Shown: one piece after another, positions 10,665 through 22,279 of the stretch | Position numbering within the stretch: position 1 is the stretch's first letter | How the letters are laid out: every line of letters begins with the position of its first letter | Assembly (NCBI GenBank): GCA_001929475.1 | Contig: LXFE01000181.1 | Coordinates: 1-46,055 of the forward strand | Origin: Neolecta irregularis DAH-3 | Taxonomy: Eukaryota | DNA: 46,055 nucleotides | Direction: 5' to 3' | The notes under the pieces: model-generated | What the model was told of the DNA's origin: nothing | The model's database searches: none | What the model saw: the letters and a program-made list of their open reading frames with translations, nothing else | Made by a program: the position numbers and the translations under genes

Positions 10665-13600
10665 ATGCTAACCTCGACTCGCATATTTGATTATCCATCG
10701 CAGCCGCCAATGGCCGAGGAAAAAGCACTTGCTACGCATGAATATACTGCGCGCGAATGCTTGGACCTGCTCGTCGCGACTCTTCATGAGACATACGAAT
10801 TTGATGGACATTCATTTCTGGTGCGGTCTGTCTCAGCGCTAGATGCCTGGTTAGTGCGCGGCAGACACCGGGTATCGCAAATCCTCGTAGTCGCAAAAAT
10901 ATCACCGCATGTCGCAAAGACAGAGCGCGAATACCGTGCACTAGCACGTTTACAGTCAATGGATACAGCTGGAGCAGCAGCAATATGCCATGTGCGAGAA
11001 TTGCACCGCCTGTCAAACGGCCTCGCAGTAATCATATTTCATGACCACGGCCCAAACGGCCTTGCAGAATGGGACGGCTCCTTCTTGCCAATCTCGTTAT
11101 TCTTGGATTTTGCAATCGGCGCATGCGACTGCCTTGATTTTGCGCATTCGAATAATTATGTCCATGGCGAGGTCCGCTCGGATAGTTTTCACTGGGATGT
11201 TGCAAACCGAGTAGTGCGGCTGGCAAACCTCGGAACAGCAAACAAGAGCTTCGTGAGCAGTCTCGCTTCCCAAAACTGGGGATCGCTCTCGTCGGAGAAT
11301 GGTATAGAGGGGCGGCTCATGTTTCTTTCCCCAGAGCAAACAGGCCGCACTGCAAACGAGCCCACCTACAAAACAGACATCTACTCGCTAGGTGATACCC
11401 CTCTTGTAGTGTTTAACTGATCGTTGTGTGCAGGGATCCTATTCTACATCCTCCTGACGAAACAGTATCCCTTTGTCGGGTCATCCATAGAAGTGCTACA
11501 GGACATCTTGTCAAAACGCCTTCCTGCAGCACATGAAATACGGCTCGACACTCCCCATATTTTTAGCATGATCATTGATCGAATGACCGAAAAACACCCC
11601 GAAGCACGCTACAACAGCATCGGCGGAGTGAGAGAAGATTTTATCGAATGCCGGTTGAGGCTTGTAGAATCCGCAGAACCTGAAAGCGATATCTTTGAGC
11701 TGGGAAAACGAGACGTCTCAAGTCATTTCGCAATACCCAACAGACTCATCGGAAGAGCGGCAGAAATTCGCCAGGTGATGTCTATCGTTCGCAAAGTAGC
11801 CAGGCGGCACCACCACTCTCACATTAATCAGCAGGAATCTCAAATGCAATGTGAACTTTCAGATACCCGAGTAAACACTGGATCCAGCTCAACTGAATCT
11901 GGATCAAGTGAATCTTCATCATCAACAAAGTCTAGTCGCTCCTCTGGCGTTCGCTCTCCTGATACTCAAAGCATTCTCGGAAAAGGTCGTTGTGAAGTTG
12001 TTGTGTTGCATGGATCAGCCGGTATCGGCAAATCAAGTTTAATTCAAACTTTGCGCAGCAACATTCGACAATTAGGCTATTTTGCCTCTTCAAAATTCGA
12101 TCAATCTCAACAAACACCCTATAGTCCTATACTGCGAGCATTATCTTCCCTACTAAAGCAACTCCTCACCGAATCTGAGGCCATCATTACTGAATTCTTC
12201 ATCGGACTAAAGAAATTCCTCGGACCACAATGGGGTCATATCCACACATTACTGGATCTCGTGCCAGAACTAAAACCTGTCCTGGCCGCAGAAACAAATT
12301 CAGTGCAACTTTCACGATCAAATTATTCTTATTCTGATCAATTTCACACAGCATCACCGGTCGGCGACGGTACCTATGCAAGTGTAGGCTCAGCAAGTGC
12401 AGCACACGTTGGCGAGCCTGTTTATAGTGGTGGAGCAAGACTGCGTTTCTTGAACATTTTTCTCGATGTTCTTCGTATGTTGTCTCAGACCAGACCAATC
12501 ACCTTATTCCTCGACGATCTGGAATCTGCAGATTCAGCTAGTCTCGATCTTATCAAAAGCATACTACGATCCAACATTTGGATGACTTTTATCATTGCAT
12601 TCAGAGACGATGAATCTATGATGACAACTGCCAAATCAATTGTCGAAACCGATGCCTGTCGACAAACCTGGATAAAGCTAGGTCCTCTTCTTCGATCGTC
12701 AGTAGCCGAACTCGTCTCCGACACACTTCACCAAAAGCCCAAGCAAACTACCTTTTTGGTAGACTTTCTTTATAACAGGTCTGCCGGTTCTCCTTTTGCT
12801 ATACAAGAGATGCTATTGAAATTACATCGCTCTCATTGTTTCCGGTTTGATCGCGAAAGCCGTATATGGCTTTACAACCCTGCAGAAGTTGAAATGGAAT
12901 TACAGCATAAAAGACTTGGCGATACCATCGATTCAAGCTTTTTACTAAACCGATTACGAGAATTACCTCAAGCTGCGCAAGAAGTTCTCCTCTGGGCTAG
13001 TTTTTTGGTACTCCAAGATTTTCCCGATCTAGTGCTAAACTTTTAGGGAGATACGTTCAGCTTCTCAGCTGTGGAGAATTTAATCACTTGTCAGCCAAAC
13101 ACCGATCCATTAAAATCTTCTGGCTCGGGAGACTCAGGAAGACGTTGCGTTAAGTCAATCGCTTTGGATGGTCTCCAAGCAGCTTTAAATTCCAATCTTG
13201 TCGTCTCTGAAGATAATGATACAAACAGATTCCGCTTCGTCAACGAGCAATATGTGAAAGCTAGTCAGCAATTAGTTGACAAAAACAAAAGCCCCGAATC
13301 TATTCATCTGGCAATAGCCCAGGCTTTGATGTCCGAAGATAACTACAACCCCTACACCATCGCAGAGAATATTTCTAAAGCTCTACCGTTGATCTTAATG
13401 AAAGAAACCCGTCGGGAATGGAGAGATATATTATTCGAAGCGGTCGAGAAAGCCTCAGATTCAGGCGCACATGAAAATTCCCTAAAATACTCGCTTCTTT
13501 TGTTGCAGCTGCTGCAAGAGGATCCATGGGACGAAGAGAACCCTGATGTTGACTATCAAGAAACACTTCGTTGCTATCTGCATTGTGCCAAGTGTTATTG

Positions 13601-16600
13601 GTGGAACGATATGACTGAAAAGGCTTTACACATTTTGGATCTCATTCATCACAAGGTCAAATCTCCAATTGATCGAGCAGCCGCCCTTATAATCGAGAAT
13701 CGCATTCTAATTCTACAGGAAAGGTACGGCGAAGTTGTCGAACGGTTCTGCTCTTGCCTGGGCGACCTTGGACTTGATCTTAATCTTGAGCCAGAGAGGC
13801 AATATTTAGAGGATATGTTTGAAGAGACTTGCCAGAAAATAATTGCTACTGGTTACCCGCAAATAATGGAATCAGATCCGATATCCGATGGCAAATTGTT
13901 AAGCATATCAAACTTGCTCCATGAAGCCTCGACCGCTGCTTATTGGAGTTCTCCTAGTTTCTTCTTTTACCTCAATCTCCTAATGATACAATTCTATCTC
14001 AATAATGGCTCATATCCAGCATGCGGTGTTGCATTTCTGTATTTCGGCGCCACTGCTATTGATAGATATGGTATGATACAGTTTGGGATAGATATGGGGA
14101 CCTTGGGTAAGGATATTCTGCAACATGTAATATATGTTTTCGCACCGGCTGATGTTTTAGAATGAGAATCAAGCTATCAACGCACGGGGTTTGTTATGCT
14201 ACTACAACTCGATTTCACATCTTCGGGAGCCTTTGTCAGCTCAGCTCGAAGGTCTTTCCGTATGTCTTAAATTTTCAATATCAGCTGGGGATCGAATAAC
14301 TGCAACACTCTGCTTGTCGTCGCTGGTTGCAGCTCGGTTATTCGCTGGCGTTCGTCTCGATGATATACTTTCATTTTCAGATAACGCCAACCAAGAGCTT
14401 ATGGCTTGGTCATGTGGTTCTGAAGGTCGCAACTTGCTTCTCGCAATCATACAGTGTATCAAAGCACTTAGCGGAAGAACTCCCAATCACGATCCGAGAC
14501 ATATCTTTAGTAATTCCCACTTCGATCAGCAATCTTTTGTAGAGAGGCTTCGGGAACGCTCACCGATTCCCGAAGTACCTCTCAATTGGTTCAACGCATT
14601 CGGAGCTAGCGTGTTTTATCATTATAGACATTACGAGAATGCACTGGAAGCAGGAGAGTACTGCTTTGTTACTTCTTCATTCCATCTTAGGTATGTTTCA
14701 TGTATCCAAAACCTTGTTTACAGGTAGCCATCGGCATACATGCTATGGTATCTTCTTCCAGTCGCTCGCTGCTGTTCAAATACTTCGCACCATTCGTTCC
14801 AGTGATAACCGTGCCGAGATTTTGAGGAAATATATACAACGTAACCAGAATCTCATAGACAGTTGGTCGAAGGTGTGCCCGGAGAATTACATCATTTGGT
14901 ATGATCTCGTCAACGCCGAACTTCAGTCTCTTGAGATCGACTTTAAAGAAACAGCATTATTGTATGAAAAAGTCGCGAAATTGTCTCATGAAAATGGGTT
15001 TTTGCAAGAAGAAGCATTGGCCTATTGCTTGCAAGGAGAATTTTACATACGCAACGGACTTCCTTCAATAGCTCGTAGGCTTTTGCTGGATGCCTGCCGG
15101 ATTTACACCCGGTGGGGAGCCAAGGGAATTTCTGCTTCGCTTTCCTCGATTTACGACGATTTCTTATATGACACCGGAAAAGTGGACATACTTGACCGAT
15201 ATACGCAGACGGAGTCATCGAATATCGAGTTTACGGAAGATTCATGTATCCCACATGAGTTAGTTTCAATTAGCTCTTCACAGCAGTGTCGAGGCTTTAC
15301 TCAGTCGGATCGTAATGCATTCTTTAATGCCTTTGCCCAAATCGATCATGATCATAGCCTCAATTCGACAAACATAAACGACGATACGGTGACATCGCTT
15401 GACATCATCGACCTCAATTCAATAATAAGTTCTAATCGGATTATCTCGAGTGAAATGAATATTGAAACACTTTTGAAACAAATGGTCAATATTATTGTTA
15501 AGAACTCAGGCGCAGAAATATGTTCAATAGTGGTGAAGGAGGATAAATCTTACGCCATCGCAGCACTCGGTACGCACGACCAGTGCATCACATATAAACC
15601 TCCACGTCCCTTGCTCCACCATGATGCAACTGTATCGGTCGAAATTATAAATTATGTGATACACACCCGCGAAGGTTTATTGCTAAACGATTCATTGTAC
15701 GATGATCGCTTCGCAATTGGTTCATGGTTTCGACAAAATACCTCGGGAAAGAGTGTTATATGTCTGCCGATTACTCACAAATCGACACTTGTGGGTTGCC
15801 TTTATGTTCAAGCTCCGGTCAATACATTTACCCATAAACATATGCAAGTTCTATCAACCCTTTCTTTACAAATTGGAATCAGTATTACGAATGCGTTGCT
15901 TTTCAAGAGCGTCCAGAGAGCCACAATGGCAAATATATCTATGATCGAAACACAAAAGCGAGCTCTTCAAGCGGCCCAAGAGGTATATCAAATTTGACAG
16001 ACCTTTTTAAATGATATTTTAGAGCGAGGCAAAATATGTGGCTGTTCTCGAGACAATACCCTGCATCATCTGGACGGCCGATCCTGTTGACGGAAATTTT
16101 GACTATTTCAATGCTCAGTGGTGGAAATTTTGCGGCTCCTCTTCTCCTGAATATGCCAAAGAGCACTATTTAGAATACCTCCACCTGGATGATCGCGAGA
16201 TATTTCGAAAAGCCATGCCAACGGCCGTCCTGAGTGGTGTGTACCCAGAGATCGAGGTCCGAATACGCAGAGAAGATGGAAATTATCGATGGCACACGTG
16301 CAGGAGTACAGCCCTCAAGAATGCGACAGGTGAAACAGTCAAATGGATTGGCGCTTTAATCGATATCGATGATCAAAAGCTGGCGAAGGAGGCAGCTGTT
16401 GAAGCAATGAACCTCAAAGCGAATTTCCTGGCAAATATGTCTCACGAGTTACGTACACCTTTTTCTGGATTTTATGGAATGCTTGCTTTACTAGGCGACA
16501 CCAACCTGGACTTGGAGCAGCGCGATATGGTTATCACAGCAAAACAGAGCTGTGAAATGCTTTTGCAAATTATTGACGATTTGCTCAACTTTAGCAAACT

Positions 16601-18227
16601 CGAAGCTGGAAAAGTCGTTCTCTATCCAGATACTGTGTTTCCCGTCGAATATCTCGTTGCAGATTGCATCGAGCTTATCCAACCATTGGCTGGAAATAAA
16701 GGATTGGACTTGGCATATCACATTGAAAAGGATGTACCCTCCCAGTTGAGTGCTGATAGCAATAAACTACGACAGTAAGTTTTTCTTCTAGGCATATCTT
16801 ATTCATAGAATTATCACCAACCTCCTTGGGAACGCCGTCAAGTTCACTAACTCTGGCTTTGTTTGCATTCGATGTTCATATAGCACCTTGGGTTCTCATG
16901 ATGACGATTGTTTCCTTCGGTTTGAGATACAAGACAGTGGAATTGGTAGCCTTCTGTGTATAGGAAAGAAACCTGATCTAAAAGGAATGTCACCAGAAGA
17001 CACTAGGTCGCTCTTTAAACCATTCAGTCAGATCGATGGCAGTACTACGCGTGTTTATGGTGGCACTGGTCTCGGTTTATCGATATGTCTCGAAATATGT
17101 CGGTTAATGGGTGGAGAAATTGGAGTCGAAACCAAGGCCAATGTCGGATCTACTTTTTGGTTCTACATTCGATGTCGCAAGCGATTGAGTCGAGCTATCT
17201 CAGCAAATATTGAGGAGGAAGTTCGCGCCCTTGAAGGAATTCAGCAATCATTGAGCAAGAATCGAGTTATTCTTGCAACTCCATCACATTTTACTCCCCA
17301 AATGCTCGAAGCATGTATAGCGAGGCCGACAATCGAAAGGGATACTTCTAAAGTCCATGGAAATTTACGGCTTGCGAAAGACAACAGATGCCCATACAGT
17401 CTTTTGATTTGGGACTCTTCTGGAGAATCTTCCTATTCTTCCTTATTACAGATTCTTGGTGATACGGAGCTTGAAGATCTTCAAATCGTCTGGATTTTCA
17501 CACCCTTGGTACAATCTCAGTCTTCTCAAGGAGATTCAAACTTACATAATTTTTCGGTTTACGAAGAGCGAGTTTTACGTTTGTCAAGACCAATTCGAAG
17601 ATCAAAACTTTTTCTTTCTTTTTCCAAAGTTCTCGCGAATTTGAATCAATATGTACCAAGAAAGGCATCGAGTAGTGGTTTTTCGGCGATATCGTCCACC
17701 AATAGGCGCTCATCAGTTGGCGGGGCTTTCAGCATACCTGAGTTAGAAGTACTAAAGGGGCTCAGATCGCTCATAGCAGAAGGTGAATAGGCACTCCGTC
17801 ATATTACAGCTAACCAATGGGTAGACAACCTTGTTGCTCAAAAGCTTCTCTATAAACAACTCACAAGGCTCGGTCTTGCGGTGGATTGCGCAAACAACGG
17901 GCTCGAAGCAATAAAACATTTTCAGTCACACGAGTCCGGATATTATTCTATATTTTTCGCCGACAATCATATGCCTCTGTGCGACGGTCTGGAAGCAACT
18001 CGGCAAATTCGTGAGATAGAATCTGAACGACAAGCAGAAATGAATCTGCCAATAATTGCACTAACCGCTGACATACAACCTGCTGCAATGGAAAAATGTC
18101 TGGAGGTTTGTTTTCAAATATCACACCATCTTCTTATGACGTCTAGGCGGGAATGAATAAATATCTCACCAAACCTCTGCTTCAGCATTCTCTCGTGAAT
18201 ACTATACGACAATTTTTGTTGATCTAG
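10665..18227 (+). CDS. Group X hybrid histidine kinase (S/T kinase-like, AAA, GAF, PAS, HisKA, HATPase, receiver), Chk1/Mak2/Mak3-like; 9 introns
   Basis: SPEQTGR..TDIYSLG kinase-like region, P-loop GSAGIGKS, GAF region (SVICLPI..GCLY), PAS (YRWH..KWIG), FLANMSHELRTP, NLLGNAVKFT, DSGIG, YGGTGLGLSI, receiver IAEDN..ADNHMPLCDG..YLTKP. Start may be 10665 or 10710. Confidence 0.93.
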
Positions 18228-18294
18228 GACATCACTCTGCATTTTTCCACTCGCGTTTTCACCTCAATTTTTTCATTTTGGTTTTGGTTGTTCA

Positions 18295-18366
18295 TTTTGG
18301 TTTTGGTTTTGGTTTTGGTTTTGGTTTTGGTTTTGGTTTTGGTTTTGGTTTTGGTTTTGGTTTTGG
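18295..18366. repeat. (TTTTGG)12 microsatellite
   Basis: Twelve perfect hexamers, plus two more at 18276-18287. Confidence 0.97.
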
Positions 18367-18916
18367 AAACTCGTTTATTCTGATACCTGTAAAATTTCGA
18401 GTTTTAAAAAATCCACCGACCTCATCACCGCCTGCAGTTTGCTACCTGTACAACAGTCCATTTTACACATTCTCACTTGCATTCCCCCATCATGCCTGTT
18501 GCTAAGGACTACGATCCTTTCCTGTCATGTGACCCAGTCGAGATCTTTCAGTGGTGAGGCTGGTGGATTTTATGAAACTCGCGATTTTGCAGATGTATTA
18601 GAACACATTATACTTGGGTTATGGTAGCGAACATTTGAAATGACTTGTAATATATGATAGCATGAATAAGAGTCAACTGAGGCAGCCGAGCGATATGAAT
18701 GCAGAGACACACAGAACTTAAAGAAATTACGGTCTTGGGGACGACTATCACAGCGTTATAGGGTCTGGTGCTGATTTACATCCGAATACGTAAAGGTCTC
18801 TACAACGAATATTGTATTTGTATCCTATCTACATACTATCGCGAGAACTGTTTCGGTGACTTGACTATCTTGCTGGTGGATTTTGTCAAGATTCAATGTA
18901 CCAACAGCTTTGCTTC

Positions 18917-19650
18917 TTAAGGCTTTGTGTTGACAAGTACTTCGTCAATTTCATGTGTTAAAACCTCTTTCTGGACGACATTTCCTTCTTTGTCAAGCCA
19001 GTAAACGATCGGAACACCAGTGTCGCTTGAAGTCAATTCCAAAACCCAGAGAAAGTGCGTACAGTTCACGGGAAACAATTTCTTCACCGCTTAAACCTTC
19101 CAGGCTCATAATCAAGGCACGCATACTGTTGCCATGAGCGGAAATGAGAATCCTCTTTCCGGTGAGAAGCTTTGGCAGTATTTCTTTCTTCCAATATGGA
19201 AGGACGCGTTCAGCAGTTAATTTCAAGCTTTCTCCACCTGGTGGAGCAATATCATAGCTCCTTCGCCATATATGAACTTGTTCCACTCCGAATTTTATCC
19301 GGGCATCATCCTTGTTAAGTCCAGTAAGGTCTCCATAGTCTCGTTCATTGAGCGCCTGATCTTTGGTGACCGGAATATCTTTCTGGTGGATTTTGTCAAG
19401 AATGATATCTAGAGTCTTCTGCGCACGACTCAAGGCTGAGGTGTATGCGAGGTCAAATTTGAAGTTTTTATCAGCAAGAAGATCCCCAGCCTTTTCGGCT
19501 TCCATAATGCCTTGTGCAGTCAAAGGAGGATCTTTCCAGCCAGTAAACCGATTGTCGCAATTCCATGTACTACAACTCAGAAAGGGCATAGTAGAATCTC
19601 AATTACGATTGGCCATGGCGGATGATAACGAGGAGGTTTTTGTCAGGCAT
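18917..19650 (-). CDS. GPM1: 2,3-BPG-dependent phosphoglycerate mutase (2 introns)
   Basis: [68 protein letters not shown]. Confidence 0.95.
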
Positions 19651-19789
19651 GGCAGTCAAGGGTTTGCTCTGGTTTGAAAAGTAGCTCCAAAGTAATAAAC
19701 CGGAAAAAGTCGGGACAACAAACCTGTAGGTCCCTTAGTCGACTTTTTGATATTACTGCAAAGCGGATTATAGAGTCTGGCAATATGAC

Positions 19790-20012
19790 TATAAGTATGA
19801 GACCCCAGTACGAATAAGACTAGAATTTATTTCTAGCTCCAGATACGAGAATCTTTGCTCTCTTTATATATACTATACATAATTCCTTAAATACAGCAAC
19901 GTTCCTGCGTATTATCCTTGTTTGATCCTTCTCCTGCATTTAAGGTATACATATATGTATACCCTTTATCCATGTCATGCGTGCAAGGTACACCAAACCG
20001 TACACCCTTACA
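19790..20012 (+). mobile_element. Degenerate solo-LTR-like element, copy A
   Basis: TATAAG...CTTACA termini; shares AATAAGAC-n-TTATTTCTAGC, ATTATCCT and TAAGGTATAC blocks with copies B and/or C. Confidence 0.5.
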
Positions 20013-20262
20013 TTAGGAATGAGCTCTAAAAGCATACCGACTCTAGATGAGTAGTATTGGCAAGATCACTCATTACATATTCAGAGTAAAGAAAGGTATA
20101 GTATCGTTATATGACTATAGTCCAATATACTTGTTGTCTGAATTGCTCAATGAACTACTTCCGTATGAAGGCACTGCTCCACTGAACCGGGTGACGTTTA
20201 TCTTTAAACCACCACCAATTCACCACCAAAATTCTCGTGACTGATTAGAGGTTTTCATTGAG

Positions 20263-20859
20263 ATGACTGCTCCTTTGCCTCGCCGCATTATAAAGGTTTG
20301 ATAAGCGAACTGACAGCCATTATAATAGCAAGGAAACCGAAAGACTTGTCGCTGAGCCTGTTCATGGAATCAGCGCGACGGTCCACGATGATAATCTTCG
20401 CTATTTTGACGTGCGAATTGACGGACCTTCTCAATCTCCTTACGAAGGTATATGGATGAATTTGCTTTTAGTAATTCACGGATAGGTGGTATATTCAAAC
20501 TTGAATTATTCCTTCCAGAGGAGTATCCGATGGCGCCTCCTAAAGTTCGATTCGTCACAAAGATCTATCACCCCAATATTGACAAGCTCGGTCGGATATG
20601 TTTGGACACTCTCAAGGGTACCGTGAACTTTATTCAAACTCATAAGAAGATAACTGGAGTCCTGCTTTACAAATTCGAACTGTTCTATTAAGTATTCAAG
20701 CTTTATTATCTTCGCCAAATCCAGACGATCCACTAGCCAATGATGTCGCTCAGCGCTGGAAAGAGGACGAGCCAGCTGCTATTCAGACAGGTACATTCAT
20801 ACAAAACACAGGCGATTCATGTTATAGCGCGTGAATGGACCCGAATGCATGCGAGGTGA
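20263..20859 (+). CDS. UBC13: Ubiquitin-conjugating enzyme E2 Ubc13 (4 introns)
   Basis: [77 protein letters not shown]. Confidence 0.95.
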
Positions 20860-21140
20860 ATACATCTATATCTACAGGTTCTAGATTAGATCTGGGTGGG
20901 AATGTTGGTTGCAACTATTTACCAATAGCGTTAAATTCATTCTTGCAAATTTCAAAAATTTCGTTCATAATTTTATCCTTTCAGCGGGTCTCTGCTTTCT
21001 CTGCTTCGAATGTGCGGTATCAATAATACTAACCTCGGATTGTTATTAATTGTAAAATTGCTTTCCGGTAAGATAGCATTCGTTCATCGAACAATATTTG
21101 CCGTCAATTTGCATCTTGAGACTTGATAAGCTCGAGCAAA

Positions 21141-21155
21141 TTTAGGGCAGTCACT
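21141..21155 (+). promoter_or_regulatory. Homol D-like box (CAGTCAC) preceded by TTTAGGG upstream of the ribosomal protein gene
   Basis: tttaggg-CAGTCACt about 100 bp before the RPL24 ATG; CAGTCACA is the fission-yeast ribosomal-protein-gene core promoter element. Confidence 0.6.
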
Positions 21156-21247
21156 TGATTCACCACTACAACCAGCAACCACCCTTCAACCAGTTGTCGT
21201 CCAAAGGTAAATCATATATTTACACTGAGAATTTCAGACAGTACCAG

Positions 21248-21855
21248 ATGAAGTAAGAACTTTGGAGTTGTTCCTCGACATTGATTTTTTTAGGATCGAA
21301 CAGTGCAGCTTCAGCGGAAACAAGATTTACCCAGGAAACGGCCAAATCTATGTCCGTGGAGACAACAAAGTATTATAAACTATCACTTCAGATCACAGTT
21401 TCTCACAGAATGCAGACTTTCCGATTTGTCAGCAGTAAATCGGCCTCGTTATTTCACCAGCGAAAGAACCCTAGAAAGATTTTATGGACAGTACTATGTC
21501 GTCGAATGCACAAAAAAGGCATCACCGAGGAAGAGAAGAAAAAGCGTACTCGGCGAACCATGAAATTCCAACGAGCTATTGTTGGCGCAAACTTGGATGT
21601 CCTTAAAGAACGACGAACTCAGAGACCTGAAGTTCGAGCTGCCCAAAGATCTGAAGCTATCAAGGCCGCAAAAGATAAAAAGGCAGCAAAGGAAACCGAG
21701 AAGAAGCTCGCTAAAGCTAAGACTCAAGCTACGCAAGCCCAGAAGAACGTACAGCCCTATTTCTGGTACGTTGATATTGATATATTTAGATCACGAAGGT
21801 GTCGAAACAAGGTGCTCGAGGAGCCAATGTTAAAGTTGCTGCAAAGTCTCGTTAA
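21248..21855 (+). CDS. RPL24: 60S ribosomal protein eL24 (3 coding introns)
   Basis: [63 protein letters not shown], Lys/Ala-rich tail. Confidence 0.95.
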
Positions 21856-22279
21856 ACTAAATAGATGGTGTATAGCAATATATTGTCATAGCAGTCCGAT
21901 TTTACGGCTTTTCTGAATTGCATCATAGATGTATGTAAGTGACTACGGCCAACATGTACAAGTCACTGAATGGAATGGAATTCAACATGATTTCTATGAA
22001 TATTCTTCGCATTCTTCGTTCATTTATCAGATTCTGTGAATCAAACCAATCTCCAAAGCTGGTGCGCCTTTATGACGAATTCGCAGCTTTTCAAATTACA
22101 GCTGATCCATTCCAGCGTTATTTTGGTCCCAAGAAGAATCTGATGGATTATTTTTGCGAATATCTCAATGGCCCCTGAATGGAAAGAAAGGTGCCGGTCC
22201 TTTAATTGTCGTTCAATTTATAAGCCACCATGTTGTCCAAATTCGGATTATGATCTCACGAGTCACCTGGGTTTCTCAA

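Noticed and set aside
18278-18505. ORF with a (GF)n repeat
   Set aside because: Merely the translation of the TTTTGG microsatellite; non-ATG start.
21939-22178. 79-aa ORF between RPL24 and FUM1
   Set aside because: No recognisable homology or consistent splice structure; cannot support a gene.
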